A stretch of 64,000 nucleotides of DNA, taken from positions 135,469 to 199,468 of the IMG/VR virus record IMGVR_UViG_3300049137_000157; one strand, written 5' to 3'. Below the pieces are notes generated by a model, which saw nothing but the letters and a program-made list of their open reading frames with translations, searched no databases and was not told the origin of the DNA. Of the stretch, positions 48,208 to 57,187 are shown one piece after another. The stretch's first letter is position 1. Each line of letters begins with the position of its first letter. The translations under genes and the position numbers were made by a program. Source of the DNA: a virus.

Positions 48208-48539
48208 CCGCACACAACATCGTCGGCGACGACGGAACCATGATCGTCCACCCGCGAACCAAGGAGCACGCACACCGGGGGAACGGATACGCCTGGTGCT
48301 GGCCCTGCGGAGCCTGGGAGGACATCCCGTCCTGGTGGTTCGAGACAGAGGTCGGTCTTCGCCGGGTCATCCAGGCCGCTTACGAGGGCTTCGGCGGACG
48401 CCTCATCGACATTCCGGCTGAGATCTGGCTGGCGATCACCCTCGCGTACACCCGATTCCGCCAGTGGCGGGACTTCGATACTCGGCTCGACTTCTGGCGA
48501 GCCTTCCAAGAAGAACAGCCCCTTCGGGAGAAGACGTGA
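48204..48539 (+). CDS. hypothetical protein
   Basis: ATGA overlap. Confidence 0.65.
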   Translation: MTAHNIVGDDGTMIVHPRTKEHAHRGNGYAWCWPCGAWEDIPSWWFETEVGLRRVIQAAYEGFGGRLIDIPAEIWLAITLAYTRFRQWRDFDTRLDFWRAFQEEQPLREKT

Positions 48540-48823
48540 GTCAGCCGAACCGCTTCAAGGCCACCCCGGAAGAGATCATGGACTTTCTCCGGGAACACTT
48601 CGCGGAGGACCAGCTCGAACCCTTCCAGTGGGCGATCGTCCAGAACGGCCTGCGTGAAGGGGTCGCCGAGATTCGCAACGAGCTGAACCGAGGCGGCTAC
48701 CACACGCTCCTGAAGCAGTGGCACGACGGCTTCCACTACGCCGTCAACATGCTCGACCCGGACGACAAGGAGTACCGGGGCCACTGGCCGTCCAACCTGC
48801 TCGGCCAGACGAAGAAGAAGTAA
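48536..48823 (+). CDS. hypothetical protein
   Basis: GTGA overlap. Confidence 0.65.
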   Translation: MSQPNRFKATPEEIMDFLREHFAEDQLEPFQWAIVQNGLREGVAEIRNELNRGGYHTLLKQWHDGFHYAVNMLDPDDKEYRGHWPSNLLGQTKKK

Positions 48824-48841
48824 CGGAGAGGGAGAAGAAAA

Positions 48842-49165
48842 GTGGATCGCGTTCAGATCACCCGAGGCACCTTCGAGTCGGCCGCCTACGAGTCCGACAT
48901 CGACATCGACGACGACATCCGCTGGGAGGCCGCCGGATCCTTCCGGGGGATGTCCCGGCCGGACTACCAGTACCCCGCGATCATCGTCGAGGGCGTCGGC
49001 ACCTTGGCCTCCTTCGCCGCTAACCTCGCCCTCACCCTGGTCCGGGACCCGCGCCCCGGCGACCCCAGCCCGAGCGTCGTCCCGCGCATCGTGTCCTCCT
49101 ACCGCTCCGACAGCATGGGTCACGACGCGATCTACGGTTTCCCTCTGATCGACATCATCGACTGA
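48842..49165 (+). CDS. acidic hypothetical protein
   Basis: RBS; YRSDSMG...YGFP. Confidence 0.7.
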   Translation: MDRVQITRGTFESAAYESDIDIDDDIRWEAAGSFRGMSRPDYQYPAIIVEGVGTLASFAANLALTLVRDPRPGDPSPSVVPRIVSSYRSDSMGHDAIYGFPLIDIID

Positions 49166-49251
49166 CGGCCCGCCCGGCTTCGGGAGCGGCCCCGGACCCA
49201 CGCCGGGGCCGTTCCAGTGGCCTGACGAACCGAAATTCCCGCACCGAGGAG

Positions 49252-49722
49252 ATGAAGATGAAGCTGACGATCGACCTGGCCCGGAAGGTCCTGACAGGAC
49301 TGGAGGAGAAGCGCTACAAGGTCCACGCCGACGACGAGGAGTTCGCCGACGGCAACCCGGACCTCCAGGACTGGGTGGACACCATCGGCGGAGTCATGGA
49401 CAGCAAGAGTTACGACTCCAACGCAGTCCTCGCCGTGGCCATGTACACCGAGAGCTACGGGGACGACGTCCTCGCCCACGAGTTCGAGGAGTACGTGGAG
49501 AACCGGTACACCGAGTGCTACGGCGACAGCAAGGGTCAGGCCGTCCGGAACTACGCCCAGAACGACGAGTTCGGACTCGGGAGGCTGTACCGGCGACTGG
49601 AGGCGGAGGAAGCCCTCCGCATCTTCCCGTGGGACTGGTACGTGGAGGACAACCCGTCCAACCTCGCCGACATGAGCTTCATCGAGGTCGACGACACCTA
49701 CTACCTGTTCCGGGACCACTGA
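49252..49722 (+). CDS. ArdA-like acidic antirestriction protein
   Basis: Very acidic; FEEYVENRY..DS....IFPWDWY...DMSFIEVDDTYYLFRD resembles ArdA C-terminal domains. Confidence 0.65.
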   Translation: MKMKLTIDLARKVLTGLEEKRYKVHADDEEFADGNPDLQDWVDTIGGVMDSKSYDSNAVLAVAMYTESYGDDVLAHEFEEYVENRYTECYGDSKGQAVRNYAQNDEFGLGRLYRRLEAEEALRIFPWDWYVEDNPSNLADMSFIEVDDTYYLFRDH

Positions 49723-49769
49723 CGGATCCCGGGACTCGCTGAGAACCGAAACGGAGAGGGGAAGAGAGC

Positions 49770-50120
49770 ATGACCGAGCGCTTCTGGGACGAGATGGCCC
49801 CGTACGAGGGACCGAACGGCTACGCCCGCTGCACAGGGGAGGAGGTGGTGGGGTCGATCACGCAGTCGATCGAGTTCAAGCTGGAGACGTCGCTCATGCT
49901 CTCCCGGGTGGGCGTGAGGGAGATGACGGACGGCCGCCGGTACATCCTGGCGATCCGCAAGGCGGGCCACGTCCCCAGTCACGGCCACGCTCGCGTGGCC
50001 ATCCTGCACAGGGGCCACATGACCTTCAAGGAGTTGGCCGAGGACGTCTACCGGCGGGAGAGGGGGTTCATGGACCCCGGCCTGGCCAAGTTCTACCGGC
50101 AGCAGATCGACGCGCTCTGA
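49770..50120 (+). CDS. hypothetical protein
   Basis: acggagagggg RBS. Confidence 0.7.
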   Translation: MTERFWDEMAPYEGPNGYARCTGEEVVGSITQSIEFKLETSLMLSRVGVREMTDGRRYILAIRKAGHVPSHGHARVAILHRGHMTFKELAEDVYRRERGFMDPGLAKFYRQQIDAL

Positions 50121-50140
50121 CACGGAAGGGAGAGGAAACG

Positions 50141-50473
50141 ATGGGTGAGGACTTCGAGAGCTTCGAAGGCCACGAGGGCTACGAGTGGGCGACTGAGGCC
50201 GTCTACGAGTGGGTGGTCAGCGACCGTGTTCTACGGGGTGCGCTACTGGACGTGATCCACCTGCACGCGGGATCCAACTGCGCCTTCTGGATGGCGGAGT
50301 TCCTGTTCCGCGCCCGAGCGGGAGAGGTTCCGTTCGTGAACCAGGGCAACCTCCGGAAGCGCATGCGGGGAGATCTCGGGTCGGCTTCGATGCCGAACTT
50401 CGAGCACGTCAACTTCAAGGAGATCGCCACTCGGCTTCTCGTCGAGACGACTCCGGCAGGGGAGGAGAACTGA
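50141..50473 (+). CDS. helical protein, paralog of 47887
   Basis: ATEAVYEWVVSD...HVNFKEIAT. Confidence 0.7.
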   Translation: MGEDFESFEGHEGYEWATEAVYEWVVSDRVLRGALLDVIHLHAGSNCAFWMAEFLFRARAGEVPFVNQGNLRKRMRGDLGSASMPNFEHVNFKEIATRLLVETTPAGEEN

Positions 50474-50949
50474 TGGATATCGAGATCTGGCGGGACCGGA
50501 ACGGCAACCCGCTGAAGTTCCAGTGGGGCGACCACGTCCGGCGCAACGACCAGGAGGAGGACATCTTCACCCGGGGCTTCATCACCTCCTACACGGAGGC
50601 CGACGACGGCAGCATCTTCTACAGCTTCAACCGGGACAACGTCTACCACCGGAGGGTCGCGGAGAACCTGCTGGAGCTGTCGCCTGAGCGCCGAGTCCAG
50701 TACTCGGCTGTCGGCTACACGAAGGACGGCAACTACGTCAACGTCCCGATGTGGGGCGACTGGATGGACATCCGGTCCGAAGGCCACGAGACGATCGAGG
50801 CTGCCACGGAGGCGGCGTCGAAGCTCTTCGGTCAGGACGAGCGGGTGGCTGTGGTGGAGATCCGGGAGAGCGTCCAGGACATCCCCGGTCGACCCTGGCG
50901 AATCGGCCGTTCGGTGGCGACGGTCAACCGATCGGACGTCAACGCCTGA
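50473..50949 (+). CDS. SH3/KOW-like domain protein
   Basis: KFQWGDHVR..G.I..Y; TGATG overlap. Confidence 0.65.
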   Translation: MDIEIWRDRNGNPLKFQWGDHVRRNDQEEDIFTRGFITSYTEADDGSIFYSFNRDNVYHRRVAENLLELSPERRVQYSAVGYTKDGNYVNVPMWGDWMDIRSEGHETIEAATEAASKLFGQDERVAVVEIRESVQDIPGRPWRIGRSVATVNRSDVNA

Positions 50950-51036
50950 CGGGTGAGACACCCCAGGGTGGTCGAGCTTCGGTCCGACCACCCGAGAGTG
51001 CCGACCCGGGCACGAAATAGAAAGGTAGAACTCCAT

Positions 51037-51438
51037 ATGACGTCTCTTCCCGCTTACGAGGCCGCACGAGAGCACCTGCGGACCTCCGTCCGGCAGATCC
51101 TGGACGAGCATCTGGTGTCGGGGATCTCCAGTGACGAGGCCGAACTGCGGATCATGAACGCAGCGCAGGACTGGGTCATCCGGGGGTACGTGATTGGCTC
51201 CCAGCCCGAGTCCTCCCCCTGCACGGGCAATGCTCTCGGCATCAACACGGTGCACCGTAGCTACGCCCCGAACGGCTGGGAGGGCATCGATCCGGCCGAC
51301 ACCCCGGACCCCGGCCCGTTTACCGTCGGCGAGCACGTCACCTGCCGATACTGCGGCCGGGAGGCGGAAGTGGTCAAGGTCAAGACGCACGAGCGCGAGA
51401 CCCTGACCCAGTACGTCGGCTGGCTCGGCGAGCACTGA
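51037..51438 (+). CDS. protein with C-terminal zinc ribbon
   Basis: CTG..H...CRYC. Confidence 0.65.
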   Translation: MTSLPAYEAAREHLRTSVRQILDEHLVSGISSDEAELRIMNAAQDWVIRGYVIGSQPESSPCTGNALGINTVHRSYAPNGWEGIDPADTPDPGPFTVGEHVTCRYCGREAEVVKVKTHERETLTQYVGWLGEH

Positions 51439-51469
51439 CCAACCAAGACGAAACGGAAGGGAGAAAAGG

Positions 51470-51913
51470 ATGAGCGGCTGGATCCTGGTCCGCAAGGACC
51501 GGAAGGGCATCACGGGACAGTGGATGGCGTCTCGCGAGGAGGCAGCCAACACCGTCTGGATGGCGCTGGAGGTGGACGATGACCTTCCGGAGCGTGTGCT
51601 GGAGGAGATGGTTCACGACATCGAACACGGAGAGGTCGGCTCGGTCGCCTTCCACAAGGACACCCCCGAGTTCCGGATCATCCCGGCGCACCGCACTTCG
51701 GACGGAACCCCGATCACGCCGGGTCTGCGGGTCAAGAACAACGACATGGACACGGGCACGATCGAGCCCGAGCAGTTCATGGACACTGGCCTGATGTCCC
51801 CGGGCGGCAAGTACTTCGAGGGTTGGTACTACGTCACCCGGGACCGCGACGGTTACAGCGGCAAGCAGTTCGACGGCGACCGCCTGAAGGCGCTGTCGGA
51901 GACCGGGCGATGA
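51470..51913 (+). CDS. hypothetical protein
   Basis: acggaagggagaa RBS; FDGDRL end. Confidence 0.7.
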   Translation: MSGWILVRKDRKGITGQWMASREEAANTVWMALEVDDDLPERVLEEMVHDIEHGEVGSVAFHKDTPEFRIIPAHRTSDGTPITPGLRVKNNDMDTGTIEPEQFMDTGLMSPGGKYFEGWYYVTRDRDGYSGKQFDGDRLKALSETGR

Positions 51914-52452
51914 GCGGCTGGAAGTACGACGCCAAGCAGGACGATCCTCTGACCGCCTTACGCATCCCGGTGGTGACCAGTCGGAACCCCGACTGGGCGT
52001 ACCTCGCTGCGTACCTGGACGTCGCTCCGGTGAGTTCTTACCGGCTCAGCCCGCCGATGGGATCGGCTGCCCGGCCCACCGACCTGGAGGCCCGTCAGAT
52101 CCAGAGCTTCATCGACGAGTACCGGGAGCACTGGTACCGGCCCCACTTCAAGGAGAAGCTGCTGAGCCAGCCCCTCGACGTGGACGGCGGAGCCCAGACG
52201 ACGATCTTCATCAAGTACGGGAAGGGGGACTGGGCCTACCGGATGGCCCAGTGGACACGGGGGCACCTCTACACCCCGCCGTACCCGGCCTGGCGGGAGG
52301 AGCACCCCGAGGAGAGCGGAACGTACCCGCTCACGCTGGAACAGGTGATGGATCTCCGGCACACCATCGACGGGAGGCGGCCGATTCCGCGCTGGCGGGA
52401 GTGGAAGGCGGCACATCCCGAGATCTTCCCCTCTGCTCCCACCAGCGCCTGA
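51910..52452 (+). CDS. hypothetical protein containing a TTA codon
   Basis: ATGA overlap; TTA at 51958-51960. Confidence 0.7.
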   Translation: MSGWKYDAKQDDPLTALRIPVVTSRNPDWAYLAAYLDVAPVSSYRLSPPMGSAARPTDLEARQIQSFIDEYREHWYRPHFKEKLLSQPLDVDGGAQTTIFIKYGKGDWAYRMAQWTRGHLYTPPYPAWREEHPEESGTYPLTLEQVMDLRHTIDGRRPIPRWREWKAAHPEIFPSAPTSA

Positions 52453-52504
52453 CCGAAGTACGAGACAAGATCCACGCGCAAGAGATCGGAAAGAGGAGCG
52501 GGAG

Positions 52505-52855
52505 ATGCTGAAGAGGGAGATTCTGGAAGAGCTGCTGAAGAGAGACCTTGCGTCGCTGGAGTACCCGCACTCACCGCTGGGGAGTGGCATCGAGGGATGG
52601 AAGGTCTTCTCCTTCCCCACGTTGGGTGAGGCGGAGCTGTTCTGGGCTTGGCCCGACGATCGAAGGATGGCGGAGTCGGGGGAGAAGCGCAGCCCCTTCG
52701 ACAATTCGATCCGGACGAAGCGACTGACGCGCATCCTCGAAATACTCCGGGAGCGGGGATACATCGCTGAGATGAACTTCGCCTTCGAAGGATCCGAGAT
52801 GCAGTTTCCTCCTTCCATCACCATCACGCGGGTCCCGTTGACCCCCGTCGACTAG
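52505..52855 (+). CDS. hypothetical protein
   Basis: gaggag RBS. Confidence 0.65.
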   Translation: MLKREILEELLKRDLASLEYPHSPLGSGIEGWKVFSFPTLGEAELFWAWPDDRRMAESGEKRSPFDNSIRTKRLTRILEILRERGYIAEMNFAFEGSEMQFPPSITITRVPLTPVD

Positions 52856-52873
52856 AACAACCCAGAGGACGAC

Positions 52874-53119
52874 ATGAGCGCACTGGAAGGGTTCCCCCTC
52901 CCCGTCACGGCCCGACACGACGAGAACGGCAACCACATCCCGCCGTACATCAAGGAGTGGCGGGAGGCGGCGGATCCGGACTCACCCCGACACGACCCCG
53001 AGCGGGGGATCCGAGGCTCGGAGGTGGAGAGGGATCAGAAGCAGCAGCTCCAGTTCCACGAGCACCTGAAGGAGCACCGTCGACGGGGGGAGCCCGCCGT
53101 CGTGATCGAGAACACCTGA
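52874..53119 (+). CDS. hypothetical protein
   Basis: RBS. Confidence 0.55.
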   Translation: MSALEGFPLPVTARHDENGNHIPPYIKEWREAADPDSPRHDPERGIRGSEVERDQKQQLQFHEHLKEHRRRGEPAVVIENT

Positions 53120-53145
53120 ACAGCCCAGGGAGGAGAAGCAGAGGT

Positions 53146-53406
53146 ATGAGCGAGAAGCTGAACCTGGACGCGTTGGCGGCGTGCGGAGACCCCGAGCTGG
53201 ACGCCCGGCCGGAGGTTCAGGACGTGACCTCGGAGATGATCCGGGACTGGGTTCTGGAGACCAAGGAGTTGACCATCCCGGAGAGCGCCACCGCGTTCGC
53301 CGAGTGGCTGGACGAGTTCTGGACCGCCCGCAACGAGGACGCCGACCTGACGAACGGCGAGGTCATCCTCGGCGCTCTGTACGACTGGCGGGGTGGCCGC
53401 AAGTGA
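53146..53406 (+). CDS. acidic protein
   Basis: GGAGGAG RBS; VILGALYDWRGG. Confidence 0.7.
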   Translation: MSEKLNLDALAACGDPELDARPEVQDVTSEMIRDWVLETKELTIPESATAFAEWLDEFWTARNEDADLTNGEVILGALYDWRGGRK

Positions 53407-53431
53407 ACTGACAGAACCACGAAGGGAGAAG

Positions 53432-53896
53432 ATGAGAAACGTGGAGACATTGGGGTGGGGGCTCATGGAGAATGGGCCTGCCCAGTCCGTACTGCGGAAG
53501 GTCGAACAGGAGCCGACTCCGGAAGATCGGATCGAATACCTGATGCGCGAGATGCGGCAGTTCTTGCCTTCCGACAACGATCCGCCGGACAGGCCGCACG
53601 GGAAGTTCGACACGGCGCTGGAGCTTTACACGCAGCTCCAGCGGGCCGTGGGAGCGGCAGCCATCACCAGTGATTCCGTGTGCCGAGAGGGTCGTTACAC
53701 GGGACACGGGGATCTGCTGGGTCGGGTCCCCCGGGAGGCGGTGAAGACGGCTCAGGCCGTGGTTCTGTTCGCCATGGACCTCCAAGCGCGGACAGATTTT
53801 CCGAAGTGGGAGTCGCCTTCCTACGCGTACGCCCACATCCGGGATCTGGAGCTGCTGCACCAGGGCCTGTTCTTCCGTACGTACGACGTCGACTGA
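53432..53896 (+). CDS. hypothetical protein
   Basis: gaagggagaag RBS. Confidence 0.65.
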   Translation: MRNVETLGWGLMENGPAQSVLRKVEQEPTPEDRIEYLMREMRQFLPSDNDPPDRPHGKFDTALELYTQLQRAVGAAAITSDSVCREGRYTGHGDLLGRVPREAVKTAQAVVLFAMDLQARTDFPKWESPSYAYAHIRDLELLHQGLFFRTYDVD

Positions 53897-53991
53897 CCTT
53901 GCTCGGCCGGTCCTGCCCTCCCCGTCTCGTACGGGGAGGGTGGAATCCGCCGAACATCCGACGGAGAAGCAGCCGGAAAGGATCGAGAAAC

Positions 53992-54174
53992 ATGGCCGTG
54001 GTCGCCGACTGGTACGAAGCGAAGTCCGACAGCTACGAACCTCAGCAGTTCCAGGTTCTGAAGCGAAGCATGGGCGGGGCCCACTCTCACGAGCTGAGCA
54101 AGTACGGAACCAAGGAGGCCGCCGAGAAAGTGGCGGCCTTCCTGAACGACATGCGGGAGCACGAGGTCCGGTAA
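53992..54174 (+). CDS. hypothetical protein
   Basis: cggaaagg RBS; KEAAEKVAAFLN. Confidence 0.65.
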   Translation: MAVVADWYEAKSDSYEPQQFQVLKRSMGGAHSHELSKYGTKEAAEKVAAFLNDMREHEVR

Positions 54175-54206
54175 CTCCCGGACCGACCGAGGGGAAGGGG
54201 AGGGTG

Positions 54207-54458
54207 ATGAACGACCGGGCTGCGGTGAACCGGATCTACAGCGACTACCGATACGAGGTGCCGGACCCGTACGGCTTCGCCGTCACGTACGCGTACCTCG
54301 TGGACGACAAGCCGTCGCTGGACCGGCTGGCGAGGAACTGGAAGATCCGAAACCTGAAGGAGAAACGCCAGGAACTCGCCGCCAAGATCGCCGAGCTGGA
54401 AGAGGAGATCGACAGTGTCGACAACAAGCTGAACGACCTGATGCAGGGCGAAGACTGA
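54207..54458 (+). CDS. coiled-coil protein
   Basis: LKEKRQELAAKIAELEEEIDSVDNKL. Confidence 0.65.
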   Translation: MNDRAAVNRIYSDYRYEVPDPYGFAVTYAYLVDDKPSLDRLARNWKIRNLKEKRQELAAKIAELEEEIDSVDNKLNDLMQGED

Positions 54459-54475
54459 TCGGAGAGGGGAAGAGG

Positions 54476-55000
54476 ATGGGACAGCCGAGCGGATGGGTGC
54501 TCGACGGCGAGGTCTACGACGACAACGGGAACTACGGCGGTGACGCCCAGATCGGGCCCTCGTTTTACGCCCGGTTCCTGCACCCGGATTACCCGGGTTC
54601 CCGGTACGAGATCAACATGTACGCCATCGCCCAGGACTATTGCCAGGCGGATGCGCCGCAGCAGCCCAAGTGCCCGCACGAGGGTCCACAGAAGACGTGG
54701 ACGGAGGAGATGCGGCGGGAGCATCTGGCCTGTGCGTGGGTGCCGGGCACGGTCGGCGTTGAGATGCAGTGCACCTGGCGGACCGGCGGCGGACTGAACG
54801 AGGACGGGCGCTACGAGTCCGACGATTCGGACGAGATCCTGTACGACTCCACCATCGGCCCCCTGGGGGACTTCCCCGGCGAGACGCTGGCGGACCAGGT
54901 GGACGCGGCCACTCGGTACGCCCGCGAGTACCGGGACTACTGGGTGAAGAACGTCGGCGACGCCGACTTCTTCTCGTGGGACGGGGAGTCCAAGAAGTAG
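54476..55000 (+). CDS. acidic hypothetical protein
   Basis: RBS. Confidence 0.7.
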   Translation: MGQPSGWVLDGEVYDDNGNYGGDAQIGPSFYARFLHPDYPGSRYEINMYAIAQDYCQADAPQQPKCPHEGPQKTWTEEMRREHLACAWVPGTVGVEMQCTWRTGGGLNEDGRYESDDSDEILYDSTIGPLGDFPGETLADQVDAATRYAREYRDYWVKNVGDADFFSWDGESKK

Positions 55001-55007
55001 GGGTGAC

Positions 55008-55193
55008 ATGAGTCAGACACCCGAAATCCGCATGGTGAAGCTGTTCCGTTCACTCAAGCGGGATCCGGCCTACCAGCATGACCGTCACAAGGGCTGGATG
55101 CCCGGACCGTACATGGTGGTGGCTCAGAATTTCGGCCGACCGGTCAAGGAAGTCCGGGACATCATCGCGATCTACAAGGGGGAGGAAGTATGA
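55008..55193 (+). CDS. hypothetical protein
   Basis: ORF track, operon continuity. Confidence 0.55.
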   Translation: MSQTPEIRMVKLFRSLKRDPAYQHDRHKGWMPGPYMVVAQNFGRPVKEVRDIIAIYKGEEV

Positions 55194-55441
55194 ACGGGGC
55201 CTACGAGGGTTTGGGCCCGGAGGAGCTGCCCGAGGGGGCCGTCGTCCGGGACGAAGTGGTCAGGTACCACCTGATGGACGGGGCGCGGACGTTCGTGGCC
55301 CCGGGTCGTCGGGTGATCGATCTACCGGGGTGGACCTGGCGCGCCGCCCGGCCGGAGGAGTGCGAGAACGGCACGTGGGACGGCAAGTGGATCGAGGGCA
55401 AGGTGCTGCTGTGCACCGGCTGCGGTCTCGACTGCACCTGA
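55190..55441 (+). CDS. hypothetical protein ending LLCTGCGLDCT
   Basis: ATGA overlap. Confidence 0.65.
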   Translation: MNGAYEGLGPEELPEGAVVRDEVVRYHLMDGARTFVAPGRRVIDLPGWTWRAARPEECENGTWDGKWIEGKVLLCTGCGLDCT

Positions 55442-55504
55442 TCGACAGAACGGCGGCCGGAGCGGGGTGAACTCGCTCCGGCCTTCCGGAGAGGAGAGGA
55501 CAAG

Positions 55505-55720
55505 ATGCAGGAACAGCAGTACGGGATCCGGTTCGAGCACGTCGACGATCCGGAGAAGGGGGAGCCTTTCTACCGGATCTTCTTCTTCGACGCCGAGATC
55601 GGCCGGATCGAGGACGGTGACCGGCGAACCGGTGGCGAGGTCTACTGCGAGAAGGAGTCCTACCGGCGGCGCGCAGAGCGGGCGATCCGCCTGTTCTGGC
55701 AGATGGCGGGGGAAGAGTGA
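55505..55720 (+). CDS. hypothetical protein
   Basis: gaggagagg RBS. Confidence 0.65.
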   Translation: MQEQQYGIRFEHVDDPEKGEPFYRIFFFDAEIGRIEDGDRRTGGEVYCEKESYRRRAERAIRLFWQMAGEE

Positions 55721-55902
55721 GTGGCACCGGACGGAAGTGCAGGTACTGCGGAGCGAGCAATTTCGTTCCGATGGTCGTTTCGTCTGCGCGAACCCACAAC
55801 GGCCCGTGCGACGAGAGGTGCAAGACGCCGGGGCTTCTGTGCCTGAACTGCCGAGTGCACACGACGACCTCGCAGGAAGAGATGGAAGGGAAGAAGACGT
55901 GA
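55717..55902 (+). CDS. small zinc-binding protein
   Basis: CRYC...H..C...C...CLNC. Confidence 0.55.
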   Translation: MSGTGRKCRYCGASNFVPMVVSSARTHNGPCDERCKTPGLLCLNCRVHTTTSQEEMEGKKT

Positions 55903-56453
55903 ACACGACAACCAGGAAGATCATTCACTGGATCTGGGCGCAGCCCGCGCTGGCCACCCGGATCCGGGAGATCTGCACCCGAGGGCCGTTCGACTGCGAC
56001 GGCGTCAAGTACCTCAAGACGGAACACGCTCTCGGATGCTGGATCTCCGACTTCGTCCACCCGGAGGACCGGCGCAAGCCGGGCGTCGAGTGGGGGCACC
56101 TTGTTCGGCATGGGGTCAGCGAGGACTGGGCTGACGCTCTGCATGCCGAGCTGACCGAGGGGCGCGCTCCCGGAGACGAGGCTCTCTGGCTGGCCGAGAT
56201 GGACGAGTCGATGATCTACAAGGCCCTGATGGGTGGCGAACACTCGGGTGTCTTCGTCCACGCCACGGTCAAGGGCATCGACCCGGCCAACCGGTACGAG
56301 GTCACCGGGGCGACGACGGTCCGCCGGGCGAACTCGGACGACCCGTCCGGGATCCTCCTCACGGAGAGCGAGCGACAGCTCTGCCCCGAGCCCATCGACC
56401 GGCCGTGCTCCTGCGAAGTGGAGCAGGTGGAGGCATCATGCCGTCTGTGCTGA
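55899..56453 (+). CDS. two-domain hypothetical protein
   Basis: GTGA overlap; N-terminus resembles 47446 family. Confidence 0.65.
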   Translation: MNTTTRKIIHWIWAQPALATRIREICTRGPFDCDGVKYLKTEHALGCWISDFVHPEDRRKPGVEWGHLVRHGVSEDWADALHAELTEGRAPGDEALWLAEMDESMIYKALMGGEHSGVFVHATVKGIDPANRYEVTGATTVRRANSDDPSGILLTESERQLCPEPIDRPCSCEVEQVEASCRLC

Positions 56454-56758
56454 GCTGCACCTGTCGTCCCGGCGGAACGGTCAAGGGGACGAAGCAGGAG
56501 ACCCTCGAACAGGAACTTGCTCCGCTCTACGAGATCACCGTCGAGGAGGTCCACGCCCTGTTCGATCTGATAGATGACGTCCTGTGTTCGTCTCTGGACG
56601 AGGCCCTGGAGGACTCGGACGAGGGGGGCGATGGACCGGGGCGGACCGCCCGCTTGATGGCCGAACGGTCTGGACGTCCAGTGGGATGGATCGAAAACTT
56701 CCTCGCCTCGTGGGAGTTCCTCAACGAAGCGCTGGACCGGAAGGGAGGGTCTCGATGA
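56438..56758 (+). CDS. acidic protein
   Basis: GGAGG RBS. Confidence 0.6.
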   Translation: MPSVLSCTCRPGGTVKGTKQETLEQELAPLYEITVEEVHALFDLIDDVLCSSLDEALEDSDEGGDGPGRTARLMAERSGRPVGWIENFLASWEFLNEALDRKGGSR

Positions 56759-57129
56759 GCATGCCGACTCCGCAGGCGGTGAGCGCCTTCCTCGGGGGCT
56801 TGTACCACCGGCACAGCAAGGGCCACGCCATGCGGCACGAGGGTGGCTGGGTACCGATATACCCCGGCTTCGAGGTGACCCGGGGCTACGGCCTCCCCGG
56901 ACAGGTCCGCCATGTCGCTGTTCGGTACGTTCTCGGCAGCCGGGACGAGACTCTCCCGCCGGGGAAGCAGAAAGAACTCACCCGGGAGTGGCTGGAGCGG
57001 TACCGGGAGCGCCTCATGGAGCGCTACCAGGTCACCGTGGGAGAGGACGAGGCTGGTGCCTGGGAGGTTCTGCTGGTCTGGTCGAGGGATGAAGACCTGT
57101 CGGCCCTCTTCGACAAGAGTGGCGATTGA
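56755..57129 (+). CDS. hypothetical protein
   Basis: ATGA overlap. Confidence 0.7.
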   Translation: MSMPTPQAVSAFLGGLYHRHSKGHAMRHEGGWVPIYPGFEVTRGYGLPGQVRHVAVRYVLGSRDETLPPGKQKELTREWLERYRERLMERYQVTVGEDEAGAWEVLLVWSRDEDLSALFDKSGD

Positions 57130-57131
57130 GA

Positions 57132-57160
57132 TAGACCCAAGCGGCCTAGGCCGATAGAGT
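57132..57160 (+). promoter_or_regulatory. sigmaA/HrdB-like promoter with CGGCCTAGGCCG in the spacer
   Basis: TAGACC-17 bp-TAGAGT. Confidence 0.55.
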
Positions 57161-57187
57161 GGCCCCCGGAACGTTCCGGGGGCCACT
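57158..57187. repeat. 30-bp perfect palindrome
   Basis: agtggcccccggaacgttccgggggccact. Confidence 0.9.

Noticed and set aside
49221-49243. CTGACGA-acc-GAAA-ttcccg, hammerhead-like core
   Set aside because: No stem II and no correctly placed NUH with stem III partner; at most a relic
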